Source: an uncultured Chthoniobacterales bacterium
GTDB taxonomy: Bacteria > Verrucomicrobiota > Verrucomicrobiia > Chthoniobacterales > JAATET01
DNA: 64,000 bases
Assembly: GCA_964247025.1 (NCBI GenBank)
Contig: CAXTSM010000004.1
Span: forward strand, 3,042-67,041
Direction of reading: 5' to 3'
The notes below the pieces were generated by a model. The model was not told the DNA's origin. It did no database searches and saw only the letters and a program-made list of their open reading frames with translations. Made by a program: the position numbers and the translations under genes. Within the stretch, counting starts at the first letter, position 1; the number at the start of each line of letters is the position of its first letter. Of the stretch, positions 29,520 to 39,353 are shown piece by piece.

Positions 29520-30637
29520 AAAAGCTTTACCAAAGTTTTTTTCGCCGGACCCACGCAGATGTGAGTGCTCGAAAAGTTCCCGAGCTTCCGTCCCTGACGG
29601 GGATTCGGGGAATTGCGGCTCTCATCGTGGTCATCGGTCATTCATCGCAAATGTTCCTTGGTGGACGGGACATTTCGACGTTCTCACGGCTTCCCCCCCA
29701 GGACGCCGCCGTCGATTTGTTCTTCGTGTTGAGCGGGTTTATTATTTGTAAGATTTATGGGAGGGAGGAACGCCTGACGGCCCTCGCTTATGCACGTTTT
29801 CTGCAACTTAGGTTCGCAAGGATTTGGCCGTTGCATGCGTTGACGTTGTTTCCCGCCTTTCTAAAGGTTTGTTTGACCGTGGGATTTGGCGTGGGACTCG
29901 GGGCGGCGGCTTCGGAAATAGCGATGGTCCATGCCTGGCCGATTGTTGGGCATGCCCGCCTCCTTAACGGCCCGTCGTGGTCGGTGAGCATCGAGTGGTT
30001 TGCCTACATTCTTGTCTTTCCCTTGCTTTACCTGTTCGGCCGGAACCTGCGCGGTTCGTATTTATGGGCCGGGATTGTCGCATTGCTGACCTTGGAGATC
30101 ACGATCCTTCTCCATCTGAAAGATCAAGGGGGAGATGTGATCGCCCGGGGGTGGGTTGCCATTTTACGCGGGACCGTCGGATTTTCGGTTGGCTGGATGT
30201 GCCAATATCTCCAGCGGCGGGACGGTTTCGCCTCTCACTTGGCCGCTAAGATGCTTGATGCGGTGATCATTATTAGCATCGGCTACATTGCTTTGGGATG
30301 CTTCTATCCATCCCGTCCTCTCTGGTGGCTCCTCGGCGCCTCCCCCATCATTGTGTTGGGGTTGGAAGGGAAAAACTATTTCACCCAATTCTGCTCGGGT
30401 AGCGTCATTCATTTCCTGGGGATGATTTCTTATTCCCTGTATCTTTGTCATATCCCATTTTTGAATTTCTGGCGGGCGATGCACCTAACCATCGACTATG
30501 ACGTCAACCATGTTCTTTCATGGGTTGCCTATCTCATCACCTTGATCGGGATTTCCTCGTTATCTTATTTTTTCGTCGAACTGCCCGCGAGAAACCATCT
30601 AAGGAGCTTTAAGCGATTCAAGGCGAAATCGGCTTAG
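29513..30637 (+). CDS. acyltransferase family 3 (OafA-like)
   Basis: LTGIRGIAA, VDLFFVLSGF, RFARIWP, PSWSVSIEW, LG.ISYSLYL.H. Confidence 0.9.
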   Translation: MLKKLYQSFFRRTHADVSARKVPELPSLTGIRGIAALIVVIGHSSQMFLGGRDISTFSRLPPQDAAVDLFFVLSGFIICKIYGREERLTALAYARFLQLRFARIWPLHALTLFPAFLKVCLTVGFGVGLGAAASEIAMVHAWPIVGHARLLNGPSWSVSIEWFAYILVFPLLYLFGRNLRGSYLWAGIVALLTLEITILLHLKDQGGDVIARGWVAILRGTVGFSVGWMCQYLQRRDGFASHLAAKMLDAVIIISIGYIALGCFYPSRPLWWLLGASPIIVLGLEGKNYFTQFCSGSVIHFLGMISYSLYLCHIPFLNFWRAMHLTIDYDVNHVLSWVAYLITLIGISSLSYFFVELPARNHLRSFKRFKAKSA

Positions 30638-30734
30638 GATGATCTTCGCCGGTTTGCCAAAGCTGCGTTCCCGGTTGGGCCACGCGCCCGAACGGATTTC
30701 GTTTCTTGGGGATCACGATTGACGAGCATGGGCG

Positions 30735-31283
30735 ATGAACTCTGCAATTGAAGCATCGACCACCCCGCTCGCGGGGGTCCTCCTCCTGAAGCCACGGGTT
30801 TTCAACGACGCCCGCGGCTCGTTCGTGAAGACCTTCCACGAGGGGATCTTTCGCGACTTCGGCCTGGATTTCGCGGTGCGGGAGGAATTTTTCTCCACTT
30901 CGCACCGGGGCGTCATTCGCGGAATGCACTTCCAGACGCCGCCGGCCGATCACGCGAAGCTCGTTTATTGCCTTGTTGGCTCGGTGCTCGACGTCGTGCT
31001 CGACCTCCGGCGGGATTCATCCACCTTCGGCCGATTCCATTCCCAGGAACTCAGCGAGGAGAACCGCTTCTCGCTGCTCATTCCAAGCGGCTTTGCCCAT
31101 GGCTTCCTTGCCCTCAGCGAGGGCGCGACGATGGTTTACAAGACCACGAGCGTCCACGCGCCGGAATGCGATGCCGGCATCCGGTGGGACGGTTTTGGCT
31201 TCACCTGGCCCGTGTCGGACCCGGTGGTCTCCGGGCGGGACGCGACGTTCCCCTCGCTCGCTGAGTTCGCGTCGCCGTTTTGA
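30735..31283 (+). CDS. NDP-4-keto-deoxyhexose epimerase (RfbC/RmlC cupin family)
   Basis: D.RGSF, GVIRGMHFQ, DVVLDLR..S.TFG, GFAHGF. Confidence 0.88.
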   Translation: MNSAIEASTTPLAGVLLLKPRVFNDARGSFVKTFHEGIFRDFGLDFAVREEFFSTSHRGVIRGMHFQTPPADHAKLVYCLVGSVLDVVLDLRRDSSTFGRFHSQELSEENRFSLLIPSGFAHGFLALSEGATMVYKTTSVHAPECDAGIRWDGFGFTWPVSDPVVSGRDATFPSLAEFASPF

Positions 31284-32137
31284 TGAAAATCTTCGTGACC
31301 GGCGCGACCGGCTTCATCGGCTCGCACGTCTTGAACGCCGCGCTGTCCGCCGGCCACGAGGTCGTCGCCGTGCGCCGGTCGCCCGATGCGCGGCCGCGCG
31401 TCCCGCTCGTGGGCGAGCCCGTTTGGCTGGAAAGAGGGCTTGGCAAAATCTCCGCGGACGATCTGGCCGGCTGCCAGGCGCTTCTGCACCTCGCAGCGGC
31501 GGGCGTCACCCCGCAGCCGGCGACCTGGCGGGAGTGTTACCAGGTGAACGTCCTGGAATCCCTCGCCTTGGTGCAGCGGGCGGTGGAGGCGGGGATCTCC
31601 CGGGTGGTCGCCACCGGCACCTACGCCGAATACGGAAAGGCCGGGCTGCGGTTCGACCCCATTCCGCCGGACGCCCCGCTGGAGCCCACCGACCCCTACG
31701 CGGCTTCGAAGGCGTCGGCCGGCATCGCGCTCGGCAGCCTGTGCCGGGAGCAGAAATTCACGCTGGTCTACGCCCGTTTGTTCTCGGTCTACGGGGAGGG
31801 CCAGTTCGAGAAAAATTTCTGGCCCGAGCTTCGCCGCGCCGCGCTGGCGGGCGACGATTTTCCGATGACGGAGGGAGGGCAGATCCGGGATTTCGTGCCG
31901 GTCGAGAGGGTCGCCCGCCTGCTGGTTCACGCCTGCACCCGCGTCGACCTGAACGCGGGTGAGCCGCTGGTCGTCAACCTGGCGAGCGGGCAGCCCACCA
32001 CCCTGCGGGATTTTGCCGTCCGCTGCTGGAAGGATTTTGCCGCGACCGGGCGTTTGCTTCCGGGCGCGATTCCCTCCCGACCGAATGAAATCCAGCGATA
32101 CGTGCCGCTGATCACCGACGCGCCGTTCCTCTCGTGA
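31283..32137 (+). CDS. NAD-dependent epimerase / 4-reductase
   Basis: TGATGFIG, YAASK, RDFV. Confidence 0.85.
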   Translation: MKIFVTGATGFIGSHVLNAALSAGHEVVAVRRSPDARPRVPLVGEPVWLERGLGKISADDLAGCQALLHLAAAGVTPQPATWRECYQVNVLESLALVQRAVEAGISRVVATGTYAEYGKAGLRFDPIPPDAPLEPTDPYAASKASAGIALGSLCREQKFTLVYARLFSVYGEGQFEKNFWPELRRAALAGDDFPMTEGGQIRDFVPVERVARLLVHACTRVDLNAGEPLVVNLASGQPTTLRDFAVRCWKDFAATGRLLPGAIPSRPNEIQRYVPLITDAPFLS

Positions 32138-32766
32138 TGAAGCGTCTTTTCATCACGGCCGTTCGCGCGCTGCGCCTGCCGCTCTATGCCCGGAAAATCG
32201 CTCGCTGGTGGCACGAGGCCACGTTGCCCGCCGCGTTGTCGATCGGCGCGGGGACGGTGATCGACGCTCCCTTCCATTGCGGCAATCCGCAGAACATCCG
32301 TATCGGGGAGGACTGTCATATCGGTCGGGGATGTGACTTCGGGGTGGTCGATGCTTCGTTTGAAAAGGGCCGAGGAAATGACGGGAAAATTCTCATTGGA
32401 AATCGGGTTTGGATTACCGAAGCCCTCCAAATTTATTCCGCGTGCGGGGTTGCCATCGAAGACGACTGCATGCTGGCTTCACGAATTTTCATCGTGGATT
32501 ACACCCACGGCTACAGCCGCATCGACCTTCCCTATCAGCATCAGCCATTCGAAGCATTTGGAGCGGTCACCATCGGTCGCGGCAGTTGGATCGGCCAGAA
32601 TGTCGTGATCCTGCAGGGCGTCACCATTGGCGAGATGAGCATCGTCGGAGCGAACAGCGTCGTGACGCGCAGCCTTCCGCCTTTCTGCATCGCGGCCGGG
32701 GCGCCCGCCCGGGTGATCAAACTTTGGGATGCGACCGCCGGAGAATGGAAACCCTCCCGGGCATGA
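32137..32766 (+). CDS. hexapeptide-repeat O-acyltransferase
   Basis: left-handed beta-helix repeats, IGRGSWIG, GANSVV, AGAPARVIK. Confidence 0.85.
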   Translation: MKRLFITAVRALRLPLYARKIARWWHEATLPAALSIGAGTVIDAPFHCGNPQNIRIGEDCHIGRGCDFGVVDASFEKGRGNDGKILIGNRVWITEALQIYSACGVAIEDDCMLASRIFIVDYTHGYSRIDLPYQHQPFEAFGAVTIGRGSWIGQNVVILQGVTIGEMSIVGANSVVTRSLPPFCIAAGAPARVIKLWDATAGEWKPSRA

Positions 32767-33734
32767 CCGCTTCCGAAGACCTTCTCACCATCACGATCCC
32801 CGTTTGGGAGCGGACGGATTTTTTCGCGGAGGCCTTGCGGAGTGCCCTGGACCAGACGATGCCCGTGCGCGTGTGGGTGGTGGACAATGCGTCGTCGCAC
32901 CCCCGGTTCGAGGAAGCCGTCCGGGCTCTGGGCCATCCGCTCGTGCGTTACTCGCGAAACGCCCGCAATCTCGGAATGTATGGCAACTGGAATCGCTGCG
33001 CGGAGCTGGCGGAAACGCCATTTTTCATGATTCTGGGGGATGACGACGCGCTTCAACCGACGTTCGCGGAGAAGGTGTGCGATGCAATCCGGGCGCATCC
33101 CGGGATCTCCTCCGTCTACTGCGACATCGAGCGGTTCGGCGACCGGCACGTCGACCATCCGCCTGCCTCCGTTCCGTTCGGGCTGGTCTCCGGAGCGAAT
33201 CTCTTGAAGAGCGCCGCCTCGCACGGCCCGAACTTCCCCAGCGTGGCCATGGCCCTGCACAAAAATCTGTTTGCCCGCGATGCCTTTGTTGCCTGCGAGC
33301 CCGCGCTCAGCCAGGATTGGCTGTTCGTCTACCGGGCGCTGGCGGACAAGACGTCTTTCGGGCTCCCAGAACGGCTCGTGCGATACCGGGTGCACCAGGC
33401 CGGCAATGCGCCCAAGGTTGGCGCGAGGGCCTATTTGTCCACGGCCCTCATCCTGGAAGAAATCGCCGACCGCCTGTCCGCGACAAATCATCCCCGGGAT
33501 TCCCGCCGGGCGCGAAAGAAGTCGCGATGGATCGCCCGGAACGCCTGGATTGCCGGCCACGCAACGGAAATTCGCGAGATGCTTGCCTGGACCAACCCGA
33601 ATCCATTCACTCCGCACCTCCGGAAAATCGTGGCAAAAGACCGCGTGTTACGGACCGCCATGGCGCTCCCGCGTCCCTTTTCCCAGCCGATGTCATTGGC
33701 GATGCGTCTGTGGCGCAAGCTGTCGAGAGCCTGA
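32763..33734 (+). CDS. glycosyltransferase family 2
   Basis: TIPVW.R, VDNAS, N.G...NWN, GDDD. Confidence 0.85.
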   Translation: MTASEDLLTITIPVWERTDFFAEALRSALDQTMPVRVWVVDNASSHPRFEEAVRALGHPLVRYSRNARNLGMYGNWNRCAELAETPFFMILGDDDALQPTFAEKVCDAIRAHPGISSVYCDIERFGDRHVDHPPASVPFGLVSGANLLKSAASHGPNFPSVAMALHKNLFARDAFVACEPALSQDWLFVYRALADKTSFGLPERLVRYRVHQAGNAPKVGARAYLSTALILEEIADRLSATNHPRDSRRARKKSRWIARNAWIAGHATEIREMLAWTNPNPFTPHLRKIVAKDRVLRTAMALPRPFSQPMSLAMRLWRKLSRA

Positions 33735-35017
33735 TGAGTTTTCTTCGCAAGCTCGTGGGCGGATTCGGTCTGACCGCGATGGGCCAAACGATGGTGACCC
33801 TGGTCGGAGCCGTGTCCGGTTTCGTCGTGATCCACGCGATGGATAAAGACCATTATGCGGAGTATTCCTACCTGCAGAGCTGGATCGCATTCTGGACGAT
33901 GCTGGCGGGCATGGGAAATCTCGGGGCGTTTCTTGCGCTGGCGCGGCAGAATGCAGGTTCCGCGGATTCCGTCAGCCGGATCACGGCCGTGATCTGGAGA
34001 TTGAACCGGCCGTTTTTTGTCGTGGGATTGATCGCGGCCCTCGGCTTTTGGATCTATGCGAGCTGGGCTCGGGGCTGGTGGGGGACCGATTACCTCATCA
34101 CGTCGGCCCTGGCCCTGGCGTTGGGGCTGACCGCGGTCAGGCAGCGATTTCACCAATCCGTGCTGCAATTCCAGGGTTTGTTTGGGGTGATTGCGCGGGT
34201 CTTTCCCGTGGCCGAAATCGGCCGGTGCCTCGGATTCGTGGGATGCGCGGCTTTGGGGCTCGGAGGTTTCAGCGCGCCCTTTCTCGCCGTCACCCTGCTG
34301 TGCGCGGTCTCCCTCAACCTTTATCTCTCCCGAAGCGAAAGCGGGGCCTGGACGAAGGAAAAGGTCGCAGAAGAGGATCTCGCCAGAACGCGGCCGAAGT
34401 TCTGGCAGATTCTCCGGCCCCTTCTGTTTCCTTCGTATTACTCTCAGTTCCAGGGGTTTCTCACGACCATCCTGGTGGTTTTGTTCGCATCGACAAACGC
34501 GATTGCCGATGTTGGCGCCCTCGGCCGCCTCATGATGCTGATGATCATTTTCGACAAAACGCTGGAGATCGCGTTTTTTCCCCGCCTGGCGCGGGAGCCC
34601 ACGTTCGCGAGTTTCGACCGGAAGCTCCGCCTCGGGGTTGGCCTGATCGCCGTCGGATTCGCTCTCGTCGTCGTCAGCTCAGTCGTTTTTCCCGGTCTCT
34701 GGCTGGTGCTGCTGGGGCGGCAATACACGAACCTGGGCCCCGTGCTGGTTTGGGCCGTGCTGGCCGCGTGCGTGGAGCGCATTTCCGGGACCTTCATGTG
34801 GGGAATGCTGGCCCGCGGGGTGGCAAAGCACCAGACGTGGATCACGCTGGCCGGGCTCGCCGGGCAGATCGCTTTCCTCGCCCACTCCCTGCCGAATACC
34901 GTTCTTCTCGCGACTCTTTTCAATCTGACGCGGGTCGCGGTGTCGTGCGTGGCGCAAATTACCAGTTATGGCCTGATTCGTTCCCGGCTTCTGCGCGCGG
35001 AGGCGCTGGCGGGATGA
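33734..35017 (+). CDS. probable Wzx-type flippase
   Basis: roughly 11-12 hydrophobic segments; position among glycosyltransferases. Confidence 0.65.
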   Translation: MSFLRKLVGGFGLTAMGQTMVTLVGAVSGFVVIHAMDKDHYAEYSYLQSWIAFWTMLAGMGNLGAFLALARQNAGSADSVSRITAVIWRLNRPFFVVGLIAALGFWIYASWARGWWGTDYLITSALALALGLTAVRQRFHQSVLQFQGLFGVIARVFPVAEIGRCLGFVGCAALGLGGFSAPFLAVTLLCAVSLNLYLSRSESGAWTKEKVAEEDLARTRPKFWQILRPLLFPSYYSQFQGFLTTILVVLFASTNAIADVGALGRLMMLMIIFDKTLEIAFFPRLAREPTFASFDRKLRLGVGLIAVGFALVVVSSVVFPGLWLVLLGRQYTNLGPVLVWAVLAACVERISGTFMWGMLARGVAKHQTWITLAGLAGQIAFLAHSLPNTVLLATLFNLTRVAVSCVAQITSYGLIRSRLLRAEALAG

Positions 35018-37104
35018 TCACCTTTACCGCGTCCATCCTTTGCTACAACTACGGTCGCTACCTTGCGCGGGCCATCGACAGCTGCCTCGCGCAGCAGCCG
35101 GGGGATTATCGGTTGGAGGTTCTTGTCCTCGACGATGGCTCCACCGACGACACGCCGGCCGTGTGCGCCACGTTCGGTGATCGCATCCGGGTGTCGCGCA
35201 CGGGCAACCTGGGATTCTCGCGCAGCCTCGATCGGGCCGTCCGGGAGGCGCGCGGCGACTACGTCTGCCTGCTGGATGCGGACGACTGGTGGGAACCGCA
35301 CAAGATCGTGTCGATGCTGCCCGCCCTCGAGGCGGGGGCCCTCTTCGTGAAGCACCCGCTCTGGCACGTCGATGGGGAGGGCCGGCGCTCGGGTGGGTCG
35401 GGCGCCTGCGGCAATACGAGTTCTCTGTGCATACACCGCGCGTCCGCCTGCCAGCTCCTGCCGGGCACCTCGGAGCTTTTTTGCCATCCGCTCATGGATG
35501 CGGGTCGCGGCGTGGAACTTTCCGAGCCGCTGGGAAGCTACCGGATCCATGAGACAAGCATGACGGATCGATCCGCAACCAGCGCGCATACGGCCTTTTT
35601 TGCCCGCACCTCCCACCTGGTCGCGGATCGCCTTTCCGCGCTCGAGAAGCTGCCCCCCGACTGGATCGACCGCGCAGGGCTAGCGGCCATCGCCCGGAGG
35701 TATCGGGCCGAAGGCTACACGAAGGATTTCCAGCGCGCGATCGAGCGCCGGGCCTGGCGGGACTATCCGGCCACCTTTTTTCATGCGGTGGGATGGTGGC
35801 TTCTTTCGGGGCGCATCCCGGGCGAACGTCATGCCCGCCTGTTGGCGCGCGCCCTCCTCAGTCTCCTGCCGGTCAAGGCTTGGAAACCGGTCGCCAAGGC
35901 GCGTGCCCAGGGACTGCCCCGGGTGGTGCAGACCTGCGGGGGCCGCTTCCACCATTTCGAGCTCGCCAAACAGATCTATCGGCATGGATTGCTCACCGAG
36001 TTCTACACCGGTTACCCGCGGGTCGCCACGCTGCCCGGGGACTATCCGCGCGCGGTCACGCACCTGCCGTTTTCGTGGGAATTTTCCCAGCTGGCGATGC
36101 GGGCCGCCCCCCGGCTCGGAGTCAAGGGAGCCGGCACGGACTGGCGCGTCGCGGAATACATGTCCAATCTTCAGGACGCCACGATGCGAACGAAGTTGGG
36201 GCAGGCCGACATCCTCGTGGCGCTGTCGGGATCTTCCCGGCGAACGCTCCGCCGCGCCCGCGCGCTCGGGGTGAAGTTCGTCTGCGACCGGGGTTCCCTG
36301 CACATCCGCACGCAGGACGAGTTGCTCCACGAGGAATACGCGCGCTGGGGCCAGCCGTTCCGCGGCGTGGACCCGCGCCGGATCGAAAAGGAAGAGGAGG
36401 AATACGCGCTCGCGGATGCGATCACCGTGGCCTCGCAATTTGCCCGCCAGTCCTACATCGAGCGGGGACTCCCGGCGGAGAAGGTCCACGTGATCAGATA
36501 CGGCGTCGACATGGACGACTTCCGCGGCGAACCCCACGCGCCTGCCGGCGACTTCAACGTGATTTTCGTGGGAAACGTCAGTTTTCGAAAGGGCGTGCCG
36601 TATTTGCTCGAAGCTTTTCGACGCTTGCGGCATCCCCGCAAGTGCCTGCGGATCGTGGGAGCCGTGCGGCCGGACTTCGCCCCCTGGCTCTCCCGCCAAG
36701 ACCTGGCCGGGGTCGAGTTCATCGGTCACGTTTCCCGCCTGAAACTGCGCGACCTCCTTCTTGGCTCCCATGCGTTGGTCCTGCCCAGCGTCGAGGACGG
36801 CTTCGGACTCGTCGTGGCCGAGGCCATGGCGTGCGGCTGTCCGCCCATCGTCTCGAAAAATGCGGGAGCGGTGGAATTCGTCACCGACGGCCATGATGCG
36901 CTGGTGGTGCCGGCGCGCGATTCCGGCGCCATCGAGGCGGCCATGAACCGGATGGCCGACGAGCCGGATCTGCGCGCCTCCCTTGGCTTCGCCGGCCGCC
37001 GGAGCGTGAGCCAGATCGAAGGATGGGACGAATACGGGGACGTCTACGCCGCGCTTCTCCGCAAGCTCTGGCGCTCCGAGCCTCCCTCGACAACCGCCTC
37101 ATGA
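35014..37104 (+). CDS. fused GT2 + GT4 glycosyltransferase
   Basis: N-terminal YNYGRYL, DDGSTD, LDADD; C-terminal FVG...RKG, PSVEDGFGLVVAEAMACG. Confidence 0.85.
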   Translation: MITFTASILCYNYGRYLARAIDSCLAQQPGDYRLEVLVLDDGSTDDTPAVCATFGDRIRVSRTGNLGFSRSLDRAVREARGDYVCLLDADDWWEPHKIVSMLPALEAGALFVKHPLWHVDGEGRRSGGSGACGNTSSLCIHRASACQLLPGTSELFCHPLMDAGRGVELSEPLGSYRIHETSMTDRSATSAHTAFFARTSHLVADRLSALEKLPPDWIDRAGLAAIARRYRAEGYTKDFQRAIERRAWRDYPATFFHAVGWWLLSGRIPGERHARLLARALLSLLPVKAWKPVAKARAQGLPRVVQTCGGRFHHFELAKQIYRHGLLTEFYTGYPRVATLPGDYPRAVTHLPFSWEFSQLAMRAAPRLGVKGAGTDWRVAEYMSNLQDATMRTKLGQADILVALSGSSRRTLRRARALGVKFVCDRGSLHIRTQDELLHEEYARWGQPFRGVDPRRIEKEEEEYALADAITVASQFARQSYIERGLPAEKVHVIRYGVDMDDFRGEPHAPAGDFNVIFVGNVSFRKGVPYLLEAFRRLRHPRKCLRIVGAVRPDFAPWLSRQDLAGVEFIGHVSRLKLRDLLLGSHALVLPSVEDGFGLVVAEAMACGCPPIVSKNAGAVEFVTDGHDALVVPARDSGAIEAAMNRMADEPDLRASLGFAGRRSVSQIEGWDEYGDVYAALLRKLWRSEPPSTTAS

Positions 37105-38216
37105 AAGAAGGCCCGGTTATTTTTTATCCCGCGATCGAATACGGGGGAATCGAGCGGAACCTCATCGGCCTGTCCGATTTTCTTCACGGGCTCGGTTTCG
37201 AAGCGACCCTCGCGTGCTTCCAGTGCGTGGATCCGGAAAAAAACATCCTCCGGCAGCGCACGACCGAGCGGCCGTTGAAAATTCAGGTGCTCGCCGGCTC
37301 GAAGAACCCATTCTCCCGGGCGCGGCTCCTGGCTCGTTACCTCGCGGATGAGTCTCGCCGCACCGGGTTTTGTCCTCTTTTGTTCAGCATCAAGGGAGCG
37401 TTTTTCATGGGAATTCGCCAGGAGGCACCCTTCATTCTTCATTATACCGACCCTCCAAGCCTGCTCGGCGCGCCGCGCACCGAAGGATTGCTCCGTCGCC
37501 TTCGCCAGGCGGGAGCCGATCACTTTACCCGCCGCGGGGTCCGGCGGGCGAAGAAGATGATGACCATGACCCAGCGCAACGCCGACGAATTGCTGGCGCT
37601 GTATGGCGTCCGTTCGGAGGTCGTGTTCCAGGGCGGGACGCCGCCACGGCAAGAGGCGGGAGCCGTTCCCCCGTCGGCCGGCGCGCCGTTGAACGTGTTG
37701 TCGGTGTGCCGCATCGAGGATTCCAAGCGAATCGACTGGATCTTCCGTGCCGTCGCGCGACTGAACGACCACCGGCCGGCGGATGCCCGCGTGCGGGTGG
37801 AAGTGGTGGGGATCGGCGGCGGATTGGATCGTCTTCGCCGGATGGCGGGAGAAATGTCGGATCGGGTGGAGGTGATCTTTCACGGCCAACTTTCGCAGGA
37901 CGCGGTGGAGGCGGCCTTCCGTCGGGCGGCGGTGTTTGCCATGCCCGCGGTTCAAGGCTACGGCCTGCCGGCGCTCGAGGCGATCTACCGAAACGTTCCC
38001 GTGGTGCTGCACCGGGATTCCGGCGTGCACGAGGCGCTTGGAAAAGTGCCGATCGCCGTCGTCTCGAAGGGAGACGAGGAGCAGTTCGGCGTCGACCTCG
38101 CGGCAACGATCGCCCGGATCGAACGGGACGAGTTTCGAAACATGCCGGGCTTCGACGTGCCGACGGAGGCGGGATGGGCGGCGGAAATTTCCCGGCTTTG
38201 CGGCTGGATCCCGTAA
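37101..38216 (+). CDS. glycosyltransferase family 4
   Basis: GGIER, CRIEDSKRID, QGYGLPALEA. Confidence 0.75.
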   Translation: MKEGPVIFYPAIEYGGIERNLIGLSDFLHGLGFEATLACFQCVDPEKNILRQRTTERPLKIQVLAGSKNPFSRARLLARYLADESRRTGFCPLLFSIKGAFFMGIRQEAPFILHYTDPPSLLGAPRTEGLLRRLRQAGADHFTRRGVRRAKKMMTMTQRNADELLALYGVRSEVVFQGGTPPRQEAGAVPPSAGAPLNVLSVCRIEDSKRIDWIFRAVARLNDHRPADARVRVEVVGIGGGLDRLRRMAGEMSDRVEVIFHGQLSQDAVEAAFRRAAVFAMPAVQGYGLPALEAIYRNVPVVLHRDSGVHEALGKVPIAVVSKGDEEQFGVDLAATIARIERDEFRNMPGFDVPTEAGWAAEISRLCGWIP

Positions 38217-38233
38217 CTGGACCGAGTTCTCGC

Positions 38234-39298
38234 ATGAAGGATCTAAGCGAAGCGGAGGTGGTTTTTTTCGGCGACATCGCCGAGGTCGGCATGTCCGGCT
38301 TCCAGCGAATGGACACCCTTCGGCGGTTGGGCGCGACCGTGCGTCCCGTCGACCTGACGCTCCCGCGCGCGGAACGCTCCTTGTGGGGCCGCCTCGTCAC
38401 CCGGACGTTTGGATTGCCGGCCACGCCGAAGACGCTGGCCTGGGTCAATCGCAAGACGGCCGCCCTCGCGGGCGAGCGTGCGCCTGACATCGCGTGGTTC
38501 GAATGGCCGCGACTCGTCGAACGCCGCGTGCTCGACCGCCTGCGAAAGGCCTGGCCCCGGACCACCTTCGTCTGCTTTCAGGACGACAATCCTTTCGGCA
38601 AACGCCATCAGAAGGCTCTTTGGAAGCGGTTCATCGCAAACATTCCGTTTTACGACGTCCATTTTCTAAAGCGGGAGAGCGATCTTGCGACCTTCCTCGA
38701 AGCGGGGGCGAGACAGGTGCGGCTCTTCACCAGCGGCTACTACGAGCCGGTTTTCGACCTTCCCGAGCCGGCCCGCCCGACCCAGGAGGTGCTCTTTGCC
38801 GGGACCGCCATGGATCATCGCATCGAATACCTCGAGGAGTTGATCGTCGCCCGGTCCCTTCCGATCCACGTTCGCGGCCAGCGCTGGGAGGATCGATCCA
38901 TCATCCCGCGACGCCGGCCGGATCTGGTCGGGCCGGGACTCTTCGGGGCGGATTGCGCCCGCTTGATTCGAGATCACAAGATTTCCCTTGGCTTCGTCTC
39001 GTCGACCAATCTCGACGAATATACGATGCGCAGCCTGGAAATTCCCGCGGCCGGCGGGTTCCTCCTCGCGGAACGCACGCCTTTTCACCAGAAATTATTT
39101 CGTGAGGGCGTCGAAGCGGAATTTTTCTCCGACGTGGGCGAATGCGAAGCAAAGATCCGGCATTATCTAGCCAACGAAGACGCGCGTCGCGAGATTGCCG
39201 AGAATGGCGCTCGCCGATGCCGGCAAAGTGGATATGGTCTCGAATGTCGCATGCGCGAAGCCTGGACTCAGCTGGCCGAACTCGATCAAAGGTTCTAA
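38234..39298 (+). CDS. CgeB-like glycosyltransferase
   Basis: DDNPF, TMRSLEIPAAGGFLLAERT, KIRHYL.N...R..IA. Confidence 0.78.
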   Translation: MKDLSEAEVVFFGDIAEVGMSGFQRMDTLRRLGATVRPVDLTLPRAERSLWGRLVTRTFGLPATPKTLAWVNRKTAALAGERAPDIAWFEWPRLVERRVLDRLRKAWPRTTFVCFQDDNPFGKRHQKALWKRFIANIPFYDVHFLKRESDLATFLEAGARQVRLFTSGYYEPVFDLPEPARPTQEVLFAGTAMDHRIEYLEELIVARSLPIHVRGQRWEDRSIIPRRRPDLVGPGLFGADCARLIRDHKISLGFVSSTNLDEYTMRSLEIPAAGGFLLAERTPFHQKLFREGVEAEFFSDVGECEAKIRHYLANEDARREIAENGARRCRQSGYGLECRMREAWTQLAELDQRF

Positions 39299-39353
39299 AT
39301 CTCGATGGAAGCCATCAAAATGCGTTCGCTTGGAAGGAGGGTCTAGGGCATTC

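Noticed and set aside
34048..35013. N-terminal extension making a 1018 aa glycosyltransferase
   Set aside because: Out-of-frame overlap with the flippase; real start ATG 35014 overlaps its stop
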